64,000 nucleotides of DNA, taken from contig DHGX01000001.1 in the NCBI GenBank assembly GCA_002402995.1, positions 12,850 through 76,849 on the forward strand, given 5' to 3'. Position numbers and translations under genes: made by a program. The notes under the pieces were generated by a model. The model did no database searches, was not told the origin of the DNA, and saw nothing but the letters and a program-made list of their open reading frames with translations. Source of the stretch: Patescibacteria group bacterium UBA4787. Its GTDB lineage: Bacteria > Patescibacteriota > Patescibacteriia > UBA2591 > UBA4787. Positions 50,053-60,450 of the stretch are shown piece after piece (the first letter of the stretch is position 1; the number at the start of each line of letters is the position of its first letter).

Positions 50053-52071
50053 TTATATTTCAAAAATTTTCTTAATAATTTTTTCCTCGTGATAAAATTC
50101 TAGTTGATCGCCGATTTCTAAACTTATTTTTGAATCAATGCGCATGCCACACTCACAACCAGCTTTTGCGTGCTGCACATCAATTTTGTTGACTTGTAAT
50201 TGAACTAATCGACCCTCTCCCATCAATTGCTCTTTTCGCCAGATGGTCACTTTAGCGCCCTTCTCGATTTCACCATCAATCACCCGACCACCGAAGATAA
50301 TTTGATTGCCACCTTTTTTAAATAAAGCTAGGACTTCAATTTTGCCCAAATAAATTTCTTTGATTTTTGGTTTGACTAATTTGTTTATTTCTTCTTTCGC
50401 TTCGTCAACTAACTCGTAAATGATTTTAAATATTTTCGGCGTTAAGCCGGCGGTATCGGCTGATCTAACCGCGGCCACACTAATTCCGACATTAAATCCG
50501 GCCAACCAAGCGTTAGAGGCCTTCGCCCTTTCCACGTCTAATTCATTAATATCGCCCAGGCCCCTTTTAACGATTTCTACTTTTATCTCTGGCGTGCTTA
50601 AATCGGTTAAAGCTTCGACCACTGCTTCAAGCGAGCCCGAAACATCAGCCCGAGTCACCACATTAAACACCGCTTCTTGCTTCTCTTTATCGGCACTTGT
50701 TTCGTCTACGCTCATTCTTTTATAGCCCTGTCGTTCTAATAATTTAGAGCGTCCTTTTATTTCTTTAGGGTCGTTTAATACTTCCATGATCTCGCCGACA
50801 ATGGGCACCGATTTCAAACCGGTGATTTGAACCGGTGTGCCTGGTCCAGCAGCTTTGATTAATTTTCCTTGATAATTTTTCATTGTCCTAATGCGACCAT
50901 AAACTCGGTTAAAAAAAACAAAATCGTGGTTGCGCAAGGTGCCAACATGTATGAGAATAGTAGCTACACGGCCCTCACCCTTATCTAGATGACTTTCAAT
51001 TACTGTGCCAATTGCCGGACGGTTAACTTCTGCCATTAATTTATCTTTCTCGATATCAGAAACTAAAATAATCATTTCTAATAAATTATTGATACCCTGT
51101 TTGGTGCGCGCAGAAACAGGAACGCAAATAGTTTTTCCGCCCCAATCTTCGGGCGTCAGATTAATTTCTGCTAAACCCTTTTTAATGCGATCAACGTCGG
51201 AGTCTGGTTTGTCAACTTTGTTGATCGCCACGACAAAAGGCAGACCAGCTTCTTGAATAACTTTGATAGATTCTATGGTTTGGGGTTGAATTTTGTCGTC
51301 TGCGGATATAACCAAAACAGCGATATCGGCAATTTGTCCGCCGCGTGAACGCATTTCATTAAAAGCCGCGTGCCCCGGCGTGTCAACAAAAGTAATCAAT
51401 CTTTCTTCGTTTTTGACCTTTATTGTCGCTTGATAAGCACCGATGTGTTGTGTAATAGCGCCTGCTTCTTTGGCGGCTATATTAGTTTCTCGAATTGCAT
51501 CTAATAAAGAGGTTTTGCCGTGATCAACATGCCCCAAAACTACCACCACCGACGGACGCAAAATCAAATTCTCGTTCTCTTGATTACAGTCTTTCAATAA
51601 ATTTTCTAATTTTTCTTTGTGAGAAATAATTTTGTTCTGTTCGTCTTCTTCCTCTAAAATCGCCTTAAGCCCAAAACCCTCGACTACAATTGCGGCAATT
51701 TCGAAATCCAGATTATCGTTAATGCTGGCCATCACGCCATTTTTAATTAATTCGTGAATCAATTTAACCACGGAAACTTTTAACTTCTCCGCCAAACGAC
51801 TTACCGTGATAACTTTAGGCAACTTAATAATATTCTTGTCTTCTGTCAGTTCTTCTTTTTCTTGTGCTTGTTGCACTTCTGATTTGGCCGCAAACTTGGC
51901 TCTTAACTTCTCCAAGGTTTCCATTTCTCGCCATTTAACCATAGCTTTTTCCGCTTGTTCGTCAGGGATTTGGATAGCTTTCAATCCAATATCAAAGCCG
52001 AGAGAAGGCAACTTCTCTTTCAACTCATTCGTTGTCACTTTCAAATGTCTGGCTAGTTCGCTAAGATTCAT
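50053..52071 (-). CDS. infB: Translation initiation factor IF-2
   Basis: GHVDHGKTS, GAITQHIGAY, DTPGH and NKVDK. Confidence 0.97.
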   Translation of the reverse strand: MNLSELARHLKVTTNELKEKLPSLGFDIGLKAIQIPDEQAEKAMVKWREMETLEKLRAKFAAKSEVQQAQEKEELTEDKNIIKLPKVITVSRLAEKLKVSVVKLIHELIKNGVMASINDNLDFEIAAIVVEGFGLKAILEEEDEQNKIISHKEKLENLLKDCNQENENLILRPSVVVVLGHVDHGKTSLLDAIRETNIAAKEAGAITQHIGAYQATIKVKNEERLITFVDTPGHAAFNEMRSRGGQIADIAVLVISADDKIQPQTIESIKVIQEAGLPFVVAINKVDKPDSDVDRIKKGLAEINLTPEDWGGKTICVPVSARTKQGINNLLEMIILVSDIEKDKLMAEVNRPAIGTVIESHLDKGEGRVATILIHVGTLRNHDFVFFNRVYGRIRTMKNYQGKLIKAAGPGTPVQITGLKSVPIVGEIMEVLNDPKEIKGRSKLLERQGYKRMSVDETSADKEKQEAVFNVVTRADVSGSLEAVVEALTDLSTPEIKVEIVKRGLGDINELDVERAKASNAWLAGFNVGISVAAVRSADTAGLTPKIFKIIYELVDEAKEEINKLVKPKIKEIYLGKIEVLALFKKGGNQIIFGGRVIDGEIEKGAKVTIWRKEQLMGEGRLVQLQVNKIDVQHAKAGCECGMRIDSKISLEIGDQLEFYHEEKIIKKIFEI

Positions 52072-52186
52072 AAATTTCTATTACAAACGGACTAAAATTT
52101 TATTAACTAATATATTTTAGAGCTTTATGGGTCGTTTGTCAAATCGCGCCCATTTTACTTGACGAAAAAAAATAGTTCCGCTAAAC

Positions 52187-52270
52187 TTTATTATCAAGCA
52201 AACGAGAGAAGGGCGAATAAATTTGCTCTTCTGGACAAGCATGGGATAATACAGAGCTAAATACCTTTTT
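52187..52270 (-). repeat. Family-1 repeat, copy h (degenerate; in rpsA leader)
   Basis: rc AAAAGGTATTTAGCTCTGTATTATC...GAAGAGCAAAT..ATTCGCCCTTC...GCTTGATAATAAA. Confidence 0.7.
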
Positions 52271-52301
52271 TAATCTAATTAAGTAATCTAACTAAGTAAT
52301 C

Positions 52302-53384
52302 ATGGACTATTTAACAATGGACGATTTATTAAATAAGAAAGAAGATAAAACTGCTTTATCTCTGCCGAAAGATGGAGATTTAGTAGAAGGCACAGTTATT
52401 AAAATAGGCCGTAGCGAAATATATCTAGACCTCGATGGCATAAAAACTGGCGTTATCCGCGGTCCGGAGTTGCAAGATGAATTGGACGAATATACCGACC
52501 TAAAAATTGGCGACATAGTTTCCGCCACAATTATTGAACAAGAAAACGAGAAAGGATTGGTGGAATTATCTTTCCGTCGGGCTGGACACAAAAAGGCTTG
52601 GCAGAAACTTCAGGATATTATGACTAAAAACGAAAGCATCAATGTAAAAGTTTTAGATGCTAATGCCGGCGGCTTGATTATTCAACTTGGCAAAATTACA
52701 GGATTTTTACCTACTTCCCAGTTAAATCCTGATCACTACCCATTAGTAGAAAGCGGCGATAAAACAAAAATTATTGAACTTTTGAAGAAATTTGTTGGGC
52801 AACAATTGCCGGTAAAAATTATCGGCCTGGACGAGAACGAAGACAAACTAATTGTATCCGAAAAAGAATTAAACAAAGGTCAAAATATTTCCGATAAATA
52901 TAAAATCGGCGATGATATTGAAGGCGAAATCTGCGGCTTGGCTAATTTCGGCGCTTTTGTAAAATTCGACAATCAAGAAGGATTAGTGCATATTTCAGAG
53001 ATTGCCTGGCGAAGGCTTGACCATCCGACAGATATATTAAAAATCGGCGATAAAATTAAAGCACAAATCATCGGCGTGGAAAATGGCAAATTCTCGCTGT
53101 CAATGAAAAAATTAATGACCGATCCCTGGAAAATAATAAACGATAAATATAAAATCGGCGACATAGTGGAGGGGAAAATTCTGAAGGTTAATCCTTTTGG
53201 TTTATTTGTTGAACTTAATCCTGAAATCCACGGCTTGGCCCATATTTCGGAGATTTCCGAAGAACAAATCGGCAACCTTACCGAGATGTTTAAATCTGGC
53301 GATGTCCAAAAATTCAAAATTATCTCCTTGGAGCCAGACGACCATCGTCTTGGATTAAGTCTCAAATCGCTCAAAAATAATTAA
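52302..53384 (+). CDS. rpsA: 30S ribosomal protein S1 (four S1 domains)
   Basis: Repeated FGAFV...EGLVHISE and FGLFV...GLAHISE. Confidence 0.9.
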   Translation: MDYLTMDDLLNKKEDKTALSLPKDGDLVEGTVIKIGRSEIYLDLDGIKTGVIRGPELQDELDEYTDLKIGDIVSATIIEQENEKGLVELSFRRAGHKKAWQKLQDIMTKNESINVKVLDANAGGLIIQLGKITGFLPTSQLNPDHYPLVESGDKTKIIELLKKFVGQQLPVKIIGLDENEDKLIVSEKELNKGQNISDKYKIGDDIEGEICGLANFGAFVKFDNQEGLVHISEIAWRRLDHPTDILKIGDKIKAQIIGVENGKFSLSMKKLMTDPWKIINDKYKIGDIVEGKILKVNPFGLFVELNPEIHGLAHISEISEEQIGNLTEMFKSGDVQKFKIISLEPDDHRLGLSLKSLKNN

Positions 53385-53407
53385 TTAAAATTTTCTATAT
53401 AAGAAAT

Positions 53408-55246
53408 TTGATGCGCAACAATATCGTAAAAAATATTTTAATTTTCGGGCTGATTTTTTTAATTGTCAGCGGAGTTTTTAGTTTGCTTAAAACGCCTGGA
53501 AACAAACCAACGAAAATTTCCTTTAACCAATTAATTGCGGAAATTAACGCTGAACAAATAAAAAATATTTCTGTTTCCGACAATCGCATTGATATCACAT
53601 TAGGCGACGAAAGAAAACAATTCACCTACAAAGATTCGTCCGAAGGCCTGACTACTGTCTTTAAAAATTACAACATTGATCAAGAAAAATTAAACAAAAT
53701 TGACTTGCAGATTAAAAATACCTCAGACAGGGGAATTTGGCTGTCTGTTGTTTTGCCAACAATTTTGCCCTTTATTTTGATTATGGCTTTTTTCTTCTTT
53801 ATGACTCGCCAATTAAGAGGCGCGGGGAATCAAGTTTTCAAGTTCGGAGAAAGTCAAGCACGTGAAATTTCGGCAGATGATAAAAAGAAAAAGTTAACTT
53901 TCAAAAATGTGGCGGGCGTTAAGGAAGCCAAACAAGAATTATTGGAAATTGTGGAATTCTTGAAACGTCCAAAAAAATTCATCGCCTTAGGCGCCAAAAT
54001 ACCCAAAGGTGTTTTATTGGTTGGCCAGCCAGGTACCGGTAAAACCTTACTTGCTCGAGCAGTGGCCGGTGAAGCCAATGTTCCGTTTTTCCATATTTCC
54101 GGATCGGAATTCGTGGAAATGTTCGTCGGCGTCGGTGCGTCCCGCGTACGCGATCTTTTCAAAAAAGCTAAAAGAAATTTGCCTTGTATAATCTTTATTG
54201 ACGAATTAGACGCAGTCGGCCGTCAACGTGGCGCTGGCTTAGGTGGTTCGCACGATGAGCGCGAACAAACTTTAAACCAGATTCTCGTTGAGATGGACGG
54301 CTTTGAACCAAATTTAGGATTAGTTGTTATGGCCGCCACTAACCGCCCGGATATTCTAGATAAAGCCCTGCTTCGTCCGGGTCGTTTCGACCGACGCACA
54401 ATTCTTGATTTGCCCGATGTTCATGATCGCGAAGAAATATTAAAAATTCATAGTGAAGGTAAACCCTTAACAGAAAAAGTTTCCCTAAAAAAAGTAGCAG
54501 AACGCACGGTTGGCTTTTCCGGCGCCGACCTGGCAAACTTAATGAACGAAGCGGCTATTTTTGCAGCGCGGAAAAACAAAACCCGCATTGAAGAGATTGA
54601 TATTTTAGAAAGCATAGAAAGAGTTATTTTAGGACCGGAAAGAAAAAGCCATATTTTATCGGAGAAGGAGAAAAAAATAGTTGCTTATCACGAAGCCGGA
54701 CATGCTTTGGTGGCACACGAACTGCCGGGCTGTGATCCAATTCGCAAAGTCTCAATTATCTCTCGCGGCCAAGCAGCTGGCTATACTTTGAAAATGCCGG
54801 AAACGGAAAAATACTTAATATTTAAAGCTGAATATTTAGACAATTTATCAGCACTTCTAGCCGGTTATAGCGCAGAAAATATAGTCTTTGGCGATGTTAC
54901 TACCGGCGCTTCTAACGACCTCCAAGAAGCCACGAAACTAGCCAAAAAACTTGTTACCGAATATGGTATGAGCGCCAAGCTTGGCACCCGCACTTTTGGT
55001 TTAAAAGAAGAGTTAATTTTCTTGGGTCGGGAAATCTCCGAACAAAAAGACTATAGTGAAAAAACCGCGGAAGTTATTGATACAGAAGTTTCTAATTTCA
55101 TAAACTTGTGTTATAATAAAACTAAAGAGATTATCCAGAAAAAACGGGAAAAATTAGACGAAATCGCCAACTTACTTTTAGAAAAGGAAAGTTTGGAAAG
55201 CGACGAATTTGAGGCCATATTCAAAGAAAAAAATAAAGGGTATTAA
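53408..55246 (+). CDS. ftsH: ATP-dependent Zn metalloprotease FtsH (core copy)
   Basis: [28 protein letters not shown] and HEAGH. Confidence 0.96.
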   Translation: MMRNNIVKNILIFGLIFLIVSGVFSLLKTPGNKPTKISFNQLIAEINAEQIKNISVSDNRIDITLGDERKQFTYKDSSEGLTTVFKNYNIDQEKLNKIDLQIKNTSDRGIWLSVVLPTILPFILIMAFFFFMTRQLRGAGNQVFKFGESQAREISADDKKKKLTFKNVAGVKEAKQELLEIVEFLKRPKKFIALGAKIPKGVLLVGQPGTGKTLLARAVAGEANVPFFHISGSEFVEMFVGVGASRVRDLFKKAKRNLPCIIFIDELDAVGRQRGAGLGGSHDEREQTLNQILVEMDGFEPNLGLVVMAATNRPDILDKALLRPGRFDRRTILDLPDVHDREEILKIHSEGKPLTEKVSLKKVAERTVGFSGADLANLMNEAAIFAARKNKTRIEEIDILESIERVILGPERKSHILSEKEKKIVAYHEAGHALVAHELPGCDPIRKVSIISRGQAAGYTLKMPETEKYLIFKAEYLDNLSALLAGYSAENIVFGDVTTGASNDLQEATKLAKKLVTEYGMSAKLGTRTFGLKEELIFLGREISEQKDYSEKTAEVIDTEVSNFINLCYNKTKEIIQKKREKLDEIANLLLEKESLESDEFEAIFKEKNKGY

Positions 55247-55318
55247 ACCCTGTGTTTCCGGCGCTTGCTCGGAAATGAAAATAAAATTTTCATTTCGCTC
55301 ACTCGCTTGGCAATAAAA
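55233..55318 (+). repeat. Family-1 repeat, copy i (supplies ftsH stop codon)
   Basis: ATAAAGGGTATTAAACCCTGTGTT...GAAATGAAAAT-AAA-ATTTTCATTTC...CTTGGCAATAAA. Confidence 0.9.
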
Positions 55319-55339
55319 TTGTCTTAAAATATATGAAAT

Positions 55340-56269
55340 ATGTTAAAACAAATTTTTAAAAACTCTTGGCAGACGGCTGCTTATAATCCTCTGTTTTGGA
55401 TTTTTGGATTTTTTGCCACAATTTTCCTTGGCAACGAAATGACTATTTTGATCAACCAAGCCAACAGCACTCTAAACCTCGTTAACAACGTTTATATTAA
55501 AAATCTTTTCTCATTTAAAGAAGGTCTGGCTGGCGGAGCTAATCATGTTTTTATCGGTGTCTTAATGTATTCTATTCTAATTATTCTAATAGCCATTTCG
55601 ACTTTCGCACAAATTTCCTTAATTTCGAGTATTAATAAAAAAGGAGGGGGTGGTTCTTTCAAAAATTACCTACAAGACGGCTTATCATGTTTTTGGCCGA
55701 TTTTCTTGCTTAATGTGATTGGCTTGCTTATTATTAATTTAATTTTTGTTGTAATGGGTTCATTTTTAATTCATATAACGTCCGTCAACAGCAAATTATT
55801 TACACTTTTTGTTTTCCTCGGAACTTTAATCAGCTTTCTAATTAATTTTATAATAATTTTCTTAACAAAATTTGCCTCCTTCCAGCTCGTTTTAGAAAAA
55901 GACAGACTTATTCTGTCTTTAAAAAAATCGCTAATTTTCTTGGGGAAAAACTGGAAAGATTGTCTATTGATTATGGCCTGTATCTTAGGTTTTAGTTTTG
56001 TTTTCGGTTTGTTTTTCCTTTTTATCTCGATGGGCACCATTCTTCCTTTCTCTATTTTGGGTGTTGTCGCTTATTATTTTGGTTGGGGAACGTTTTTCTA
56101 CGGCCTATTAATGGTGAATTTCTGTTTGATTATGCTTATGCTGTTGGTAGCTATCAGTTTTTTCACTGTTTTCCAATATAGCGCTTGGGTATATTTCTTT
56201 AAAAATAAAAATAAAGGGTGTCAGACCCCGTGTTGCCATCGCTCGTTCGACAATAAAACTAATCTATAA
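55340..56269 (+). CDS. Multi-pass membrane protein
   Basis: About 6 hydrophobic segments; C-terminus runs through repeat copy j. Confidence 0.75.
   Translation: MLKQIFKNSWQTAAYNPLFWIFGFFATIFLGNEMTILINQANSTLNLVNNVYIKNLFSFKEGLAGGANHVFIGVLMYSILIILIAISTFAQISLISSINKKGGGGSFKNYLQDGLSCFWPIFLLNVIGLLIINLIFVVMGSFLIHITSVNSKLFTLFVFLGTLISFLINFIIIFLTKFASFQLVLEKDRLILSLKKSLIFLGKNWKDCLLIMACILGFSFVFGLFFLFISMGTILPFSILGVVAYYFGWGTFFYGLLMVNFCLIMLMLLVAISFFTVFQYSAWVYFFKNKNKGCQTPCCHRSFDNKTNL
56211..56258 (+). repeat. Family-1 repeat, copy j (internally deleted)
   Basis: ATAAAGGGTGTCAGACCCCGTGTTGCCATCGCTCGTTCGACAATAAA. Confidence 0.75.
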
Positions 56270-56309
56270 AAAATCTGGACAAAAATACAATAAAAAGTTA
56301 AAACTAAGT

Positions 56310-56526
56310 GAACAAAGAGTTAATAAACCTGAAAAATTTTTAGAAAAATGCAAATTAGGAAATTTATCAACAGTTTTGCCGATGTTATCAACTGTTTTTA
56401 AAGATTTCTTTAATAAGTTATCAACAAACTATTAACCCGGAAATCGTGATCAAATAAAAGTTAAATTGGTTTTAGTAAACTTATCAACCGCATTATTACT
56501 ACTACTACTAATTTATAAATATAAAT
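56310..56526. promoter_or_regulatory. Probable replication origin oriC
   Basis: TTATCAAC(A/T/A/C) at 56364, 56385, 56418 and 56481; last box followed by GC, then (TAC)n trios and TTTATAAAT; upstream of dnaN; coding-strand switch nearby. Confidence 0.7.
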
Positions 56527-57660
56527 ATGAAATTAATAATACTCCAAGAAAATTTCCTAAAAGGACTAAATATAGTCAACCGAATTGCTAGTAGTAATAA
56601 AAATAGCTTACCTATTTTAAATAATATTTTATTAGAAGCACGTCAAGGAGTTTTAGATTTAATAACTACTAATCTCGAAATCGCAGTTAAATCTTCAATT
56701 AGATCAAAAATAGAAAAAGAAGGAAAAATAACAATTCCAGCACAAATCTTAACAAGTTATATTAGTCTATTAGAAAGCGGTCCCCTAATTTTGAATTTAG
56801 AAGGGGACGAATTAGAAATAAAAACTAAAAATAGTAAAACTAAGATTAAAGGTATTTCAGCCGAAGATTTTCCAATAATTCCACAAGTGGAGAGAAAACA
56901 TAAATATGTAATTCAATCCGACCTCCTTAAAAAATGTATTGAAAACGTAGATTTTTGTGTTTCGTCTAGCGAAACAAGGATGGAAATAAGTGGTTTATTG
57001 TTTAATTTTAATAATCCAGAAAATGGCAAATTAAATATTGTTGGAACAGATAGTTATCGTTTAGCTGAAGTCCAAACAATATTAGATAAAAGTTCATCAG
57101 AAGATAAAATTAGTGTTATTATACCACTAAAAACAGTCCAAGAAGTTTCAAAGAATTTATTAGAAGACAAAAAAGATGTTGAGCTTTATCTTTCTGAAAA
57201 TCAAGTTTTATTCATAAACGGCGAAGATGAAGTTGTTTCCCGTCTAATTAGCGGACAATTTCCTGATTATAAATTAATTATTCCTAAAAATTTTCGTTCC
57301 CGCGCCACACTTGATAAAGAATTATTTTTAAAAGCTGTAAAATTATGCGGTTTATTTACCAAATCAGGAATTAATGATATTAATATAAAAATTAAAGCTG
57401 AAGAAAGTAAGATTGTCGTTTCTTCCACTAATAATCAATTAGGGGAAAACACTACAGAGATAGATTGCCAAATCTATGGCGAGGACAATGAGATCGTTTT
57501 CAATTATCGCTTTCTCTTAGACGGTTTATTAACTTTAAATCAAGACGAGGTAATTTTAGAAATGATTAATGATGCCACGCCGGCAATTTTAAGAGCAGAA
57601 AAAGAGAAAGATTATGTTTATTTGATAATGCCGATTAAACACCAAGAAGCAAATAATTAG
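56527..57660 (+). CDS. dnaN: DNA polymerase III beta clamp
   Basis: LPILNNILL, TTNLEI, GTDSYRL, SRLISGQFPDY and YLIMPI. Confidence 0.97.
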   Translation: MKLIILQENFLKGLNIVNRIASSNKNSLPILNNILLEARQGVLDLITTNLEIAVKSSIRSKIEKEGKITIPAQILTSYISLLESGPLILNLEGDELEIKTKNSKTKIKGISAEDFPIIPQVERKHKYVIQSDLLKKCIENVDFCVSSSETRMEISGLLFNFNNPENGKLNIVGTDSYRLAEVQTILDKSSSEDKISVIIPLKTVQEVSKNLLEDKKDVELYLSENQVLFINGEDEVVSRLISGQFPDYKLIIPKNFRSRATLDKELFLKAVKLCGLFTKSGINDINIKIKAEESKIVVSSTNNQLGENTTEIDCQIYGEDNEIVFNYRFLLDGLLTLNQDEVILEMINDATPAILRAEKEKDYVYLIMPIKHQEANN

Positions 57661-57685
57661 TTTGTAAATAAATTAATTAATAAAC

Positions 57686-57745
57686 TCAGTTAAATTGCTC
57701 CGCCAGCTGGCGGAGTCAACCGACGAAGTTGAATTTAACGGGAGT
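57686..57745. repeat. Palindromic REP-like element
   Basis: GTTAAATT...CTCCGCCAGCTGGCGGAG (perfect palindrome)...AATTTAAC. Confidence 0.6.
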
Positions 57746-57779
57746 AAAGGTCGATAAATTTTCTCTAATCTATATTATT

Positions 57780-58058
57780 ATGAATAAAGGAGAATTAATC
57801 AGCAAATTAGCTGAAAAATACGGCGCTTGTTCTAGGGCCGAAGCAGAAAGAGCATTAGATTCTTTTGTTGATATCGTTGTGGAATCCTTAACAAAAGGCG
57901 AAGAAGTAGCGATTTCTGGTTTTGGTACTTTTAGCGCAAGGGCCAGAGCTGCTCGTCAGGGTATCAATCCAAAGACAGGCGTGAAGATCCAAATTCCGGC
58001 TATGAGATCACCCAAATTTAAAGCTGGCAAGGGCTTAAAGGATGCCTTAAAAAAATAA
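57780..58058 (+). CDS. hup: DNA-binding protein HU
   Basis: MNKGELI...GFGTF...RQGINPKTG...PKFKAGKGLKD; start ATG 57780. Confidence 0.95.
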   Translation: MNKGELISKLAEKYGACSRAEAERALDSFVDIVVESLTKGEEVAISGFGTFSARARAARQGINPKTGVKIQIPAMRSPKFKAGKGLKDALKK

Positions 58059-58120
58059 ATTTTAAACGTTTTTTCAGCGCTGAAAAATTTATACGACAGT
58101 AAGAGATTTTTCTTACTATT

Positions 58121-58226
58121 GATACTTTCCATCATTCGCCAACAGGCGAAGGCGGATCGTGAAATTGGACGCCCGGAGTCAAATTAAAAGAAGACTTTTA
58201 TTTGATGTTCTCGCTACCAATTATAA
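58121..58226 (+). repeat. Family-2 repeat, copy C
   Basis: TCGTGAAATTGGACGCCCGGAGTCAAATTAAAAGAAGACTTTTATTTGA..CTCGCTACCAATTATAA. Confidence 0.8.
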
Positions 58227-58277
58227 AAAGACCTTGTTTTATAAAACAAGGTCTTTTTTGTCGGAAATCGTTGAAAA

Positions 58278-58583
58278 TTATTTTTTATTGTATTGATGTT
58301 TAGGTTTTTCGGAAACAATGCTTATAACCTTTTTCCAGACTTGTTTACCGGTAAAACTCAGTAATTTTTTTGAACTGAATTTTATGTAACCTTCTTTGGC
58401 GGCATATAAAGTGTCGTCTTTGCCACGTTTAACATTCTTCCCGGGTTTAAATTTAGTGCCTCGTTGTCTAATAATTATTGATCCGGCGTTGACGTGTTGG
58501 CCATCTTGAGCTTTGACACCCAAACGTTGGCCGTGTGAATCACGACCCAAAACTGTTGAACCACCTGCTTTTTTATGCGACAT
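58278..58583 (-). CDS. rpmA: 50S ribosomal protein L27
   Basis: [28 protein letters not shown] and GKDDTLYA. Confidence 0.96.
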   Translation of the reverse strand: MSHKKAGGSTVLGRDSHGQRLGVKAQDGQHVNAGSIIIRQRGTKFKPGKNVKRGKDDTLYAAKEGYIKFSSKKLLSFTGKQVWKKVISIVSEKPKHQYNKK

Positions 58584-58768
58584 ATAATACCTGAACTTAA
58601 TTTGTTTATAAGTTATTTCATTTTAAACAAATATTTTTTTTCTGTCAATAGTTTTTTAGGTTAGAAAATTATAGTTGACAAGAAGCCATTTTTCTGCTAT
58701 ATTGTATTTAATTGTATTTAGTAATCACCCTGGTTCATTAAAAAATTTATATCGATAAAGGAGAAAAA

Positions 58769-59299
58769 ATGAAAAGGATTTTATCCTGTCTTCGTCCTCG
58801 ATTGTTCCGCGGCGTAATAATTATGGGTTTATTCGTCTTCTTGGCAGAAACTACGGTATTCGCCTGGTCAATTAATGATCGCGTTATTAAATCCGATGAC
58901 GAAACATGGCTTTCGGTCAGCGAAACAGTCGCGACTGGTATCGGCGGCCCCTTGCTCATTAGATGGGGCTGGAATAAGGCCTTTAAAAACACCGATACGA
59001 CAAGCGACTTTGCCCAATCAGCAGTTTTCAAGAGAGTGTGTCTTTCTCACGTGATAGCCACAGGAATTTTTTTGATTATTCCCGCCAAGGCTCCTCATGA
59101 CAATGATCCGTGGGGCACAAATCCCGCGATGTTGGCTATAGCATGGGTGCCGATCGATATAGGCATAGCCGTTTATAAATTCGATAAGGCGAGAAATCGA
59201 GCTAAGAATTCTTTGAAGAAAGAAGAGACATTTTCTCTGGATGTCCAGCCAATTTTTGGGAGAAGCAGAACAGGTATCCTTTTAACTAAGAAATTTTAA
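58769..59299 (+). CDS. Hypothetical exported/membrane protein (stand-alone unit)
   Basis: Promoter TTGACA-17-TATATT, AAAGGAG SD and terminator 59306-59336. Confidence 0.6.
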   Translation: MKRILSCLRPRLFRGVIIMGLFVFLAETTVFAWSINDRVIKSDDETWLSVSETVATGIGGPLLIRWGWNKAFKNTDTTSDFAQSAVFKRVCLSHVIATGIFLIIPAKAPHDNDPWGTNPAMLAIAWVPIDIGIAVYKFDKARNRAKNSLKKEETFSLDVQPIFGRSRTGILLTKKF

Positions 59300-59389
59300 G
59301 TATTTAAGCGATCTGAAAAAATCAGATCGCTTTTTGTTTTGAAAGATTTTCTGAAAATTAAAAAGATTGCTTTTGATTGAGCAATCTTT

Positions 59390-59704
59390 TTATTTTAGGC
59401 AGATTTTCATCTTAACGATGTCTTTGAGCGGAACCTGTTTGCAGCAACCGTCCCACAAGGTTCTAATGTAAGAGACCATATCATTGTGGTCGCCGACAAT
59501 AAAGACCTTCTGGAGTATGAGTTTTTTGCCGTTGTTCAAATAGGTAATGGTCACCGGCACCGCGCTGCCATTTATTCTTTTGACGAGCAAGATGAAAAGT
59601 TTTCTTTTCCTGGCCTCATCTTCAGGAAAATGGCACGTGGAACAATTCTGCTGTTTGTCTTGCTGGTTATAAGGGGTTCCACAGAATGGGCAATCTATTA
59701 ACAT
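59390..59704 (-). CDS. Hypothetical protein with N-terminal CxxC...CxxC
   Basis: CPFCG...CSTC; AAAGGAGG SD; terminator 59360-59391. Confidence 0.6.
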   Translation of the reverse strand: MLIDCPFCGTPYNQQDKQQNCSTCHFPEDEARKRKLFILLVKRINGSAVPVTITYLNNGKKLILQKVFIVGDHNDMVSYIRTLWDGCCKQVPLKDIVKMKICLK

Positions 59705-59823
59705 TGCACTCGCCTCCTTTGTTCCGCCAATTAGCAGATTTGTTTTTAAAAAGAACTTTTCACTTTTATTTAATTATAATCATCTTACTGATTTTGTTAA
59801 GAGGATAATTTTTGCATCTTAAT

Positions 59824-59970
59824 TTGACAGAATTTTTAATTCTGATAATATAAAGATATGAAAAAGATTTTATTAAATAATAACCGCAATAATAATTCGT
59901 TTTAAGCGAAGCGGTTTTTGTTTGATAAAAATTATTCAAATAAAAATCCGCTTTGCGCGGATCTTTTTTA
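59824..59970 (+). promoter_or_regulatory. Promoter, Asn-rich leader peptide (59858-59905) and transcription attenuator
   Basis: TTGACA...TGnTAATAT; MKKILLNNNRNNNSF*; mutually exclusive antiterminator (59909-59953) and terminator (59946-59969). Confidence 0.65.
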
Positions 59971-60063
59971 TTCCACAGGCTTTTTTGTCTAAATCCTGGG
60001 GTAATTTCAGCCCAAAGCTGATTCGTTCAGGGCGGACAATTGACAATTAATCCTCGACGTTAT

Positions 60064-60139
60064 TCTCCCGTAGTTCAATTGGTAGAACGCTGCACTGTTA
60101 ATGCAGATGTTGGAGGTTCGAGTCCTTCCGGGAGAGCCA
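60064..60139 (+). tRNA. tRNA-Asn(GTT)
   Basis: TCTCCCG stem, CTGCA-CTGTTAA-TGCAG, GTTCGAGTC and encoded CCA. Confidence 0.95.
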
Positions 60140-60450
60140 TATGGGATGAGCAGAGCCAAAAGCTCTGCTTTTCTCTTTATTTACGGACTTTTTCAGCGGT
60201 TAGAACCTTTGCGATTACTTGGTTGGACACGAGTGAAGCGGTTTTCATCGGCACAAGTGAATTTTCTGAGGAAACACTAATCTTTTTGTTCATAAGTGAG
60301 AGGCTCGAACCGAGAGTGGAGAGAATCTCTTTTTTTCTCCCGCTGGCCGGTTTTGAATTTTATCACGGCGTGCTCCACGAAATCAAAGGCTTCATTAGCA
60401 AATTTAATCCGCTTGTCTATCTGATCACCAACTGTGTCCCAGTTGATATC
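60140..60450 (-). pseudogene. Degraded large serine recombinase C-terminal region abutting tRNA-Asn
   Basis: Frameshifted IDKRIKFANEAFDFVEHAVIKFKTG / KKEILSTLGSSLSLMNKKISV / NKEKSRAFGSAHPIWLSRKDSN reading into the tRNA. Confidence 0.55.

Noticed and set aside
59629-59645. Second parS site
   Set aside because: Only the right half (CACGTGGAACA) matches, and it lies in a CDS
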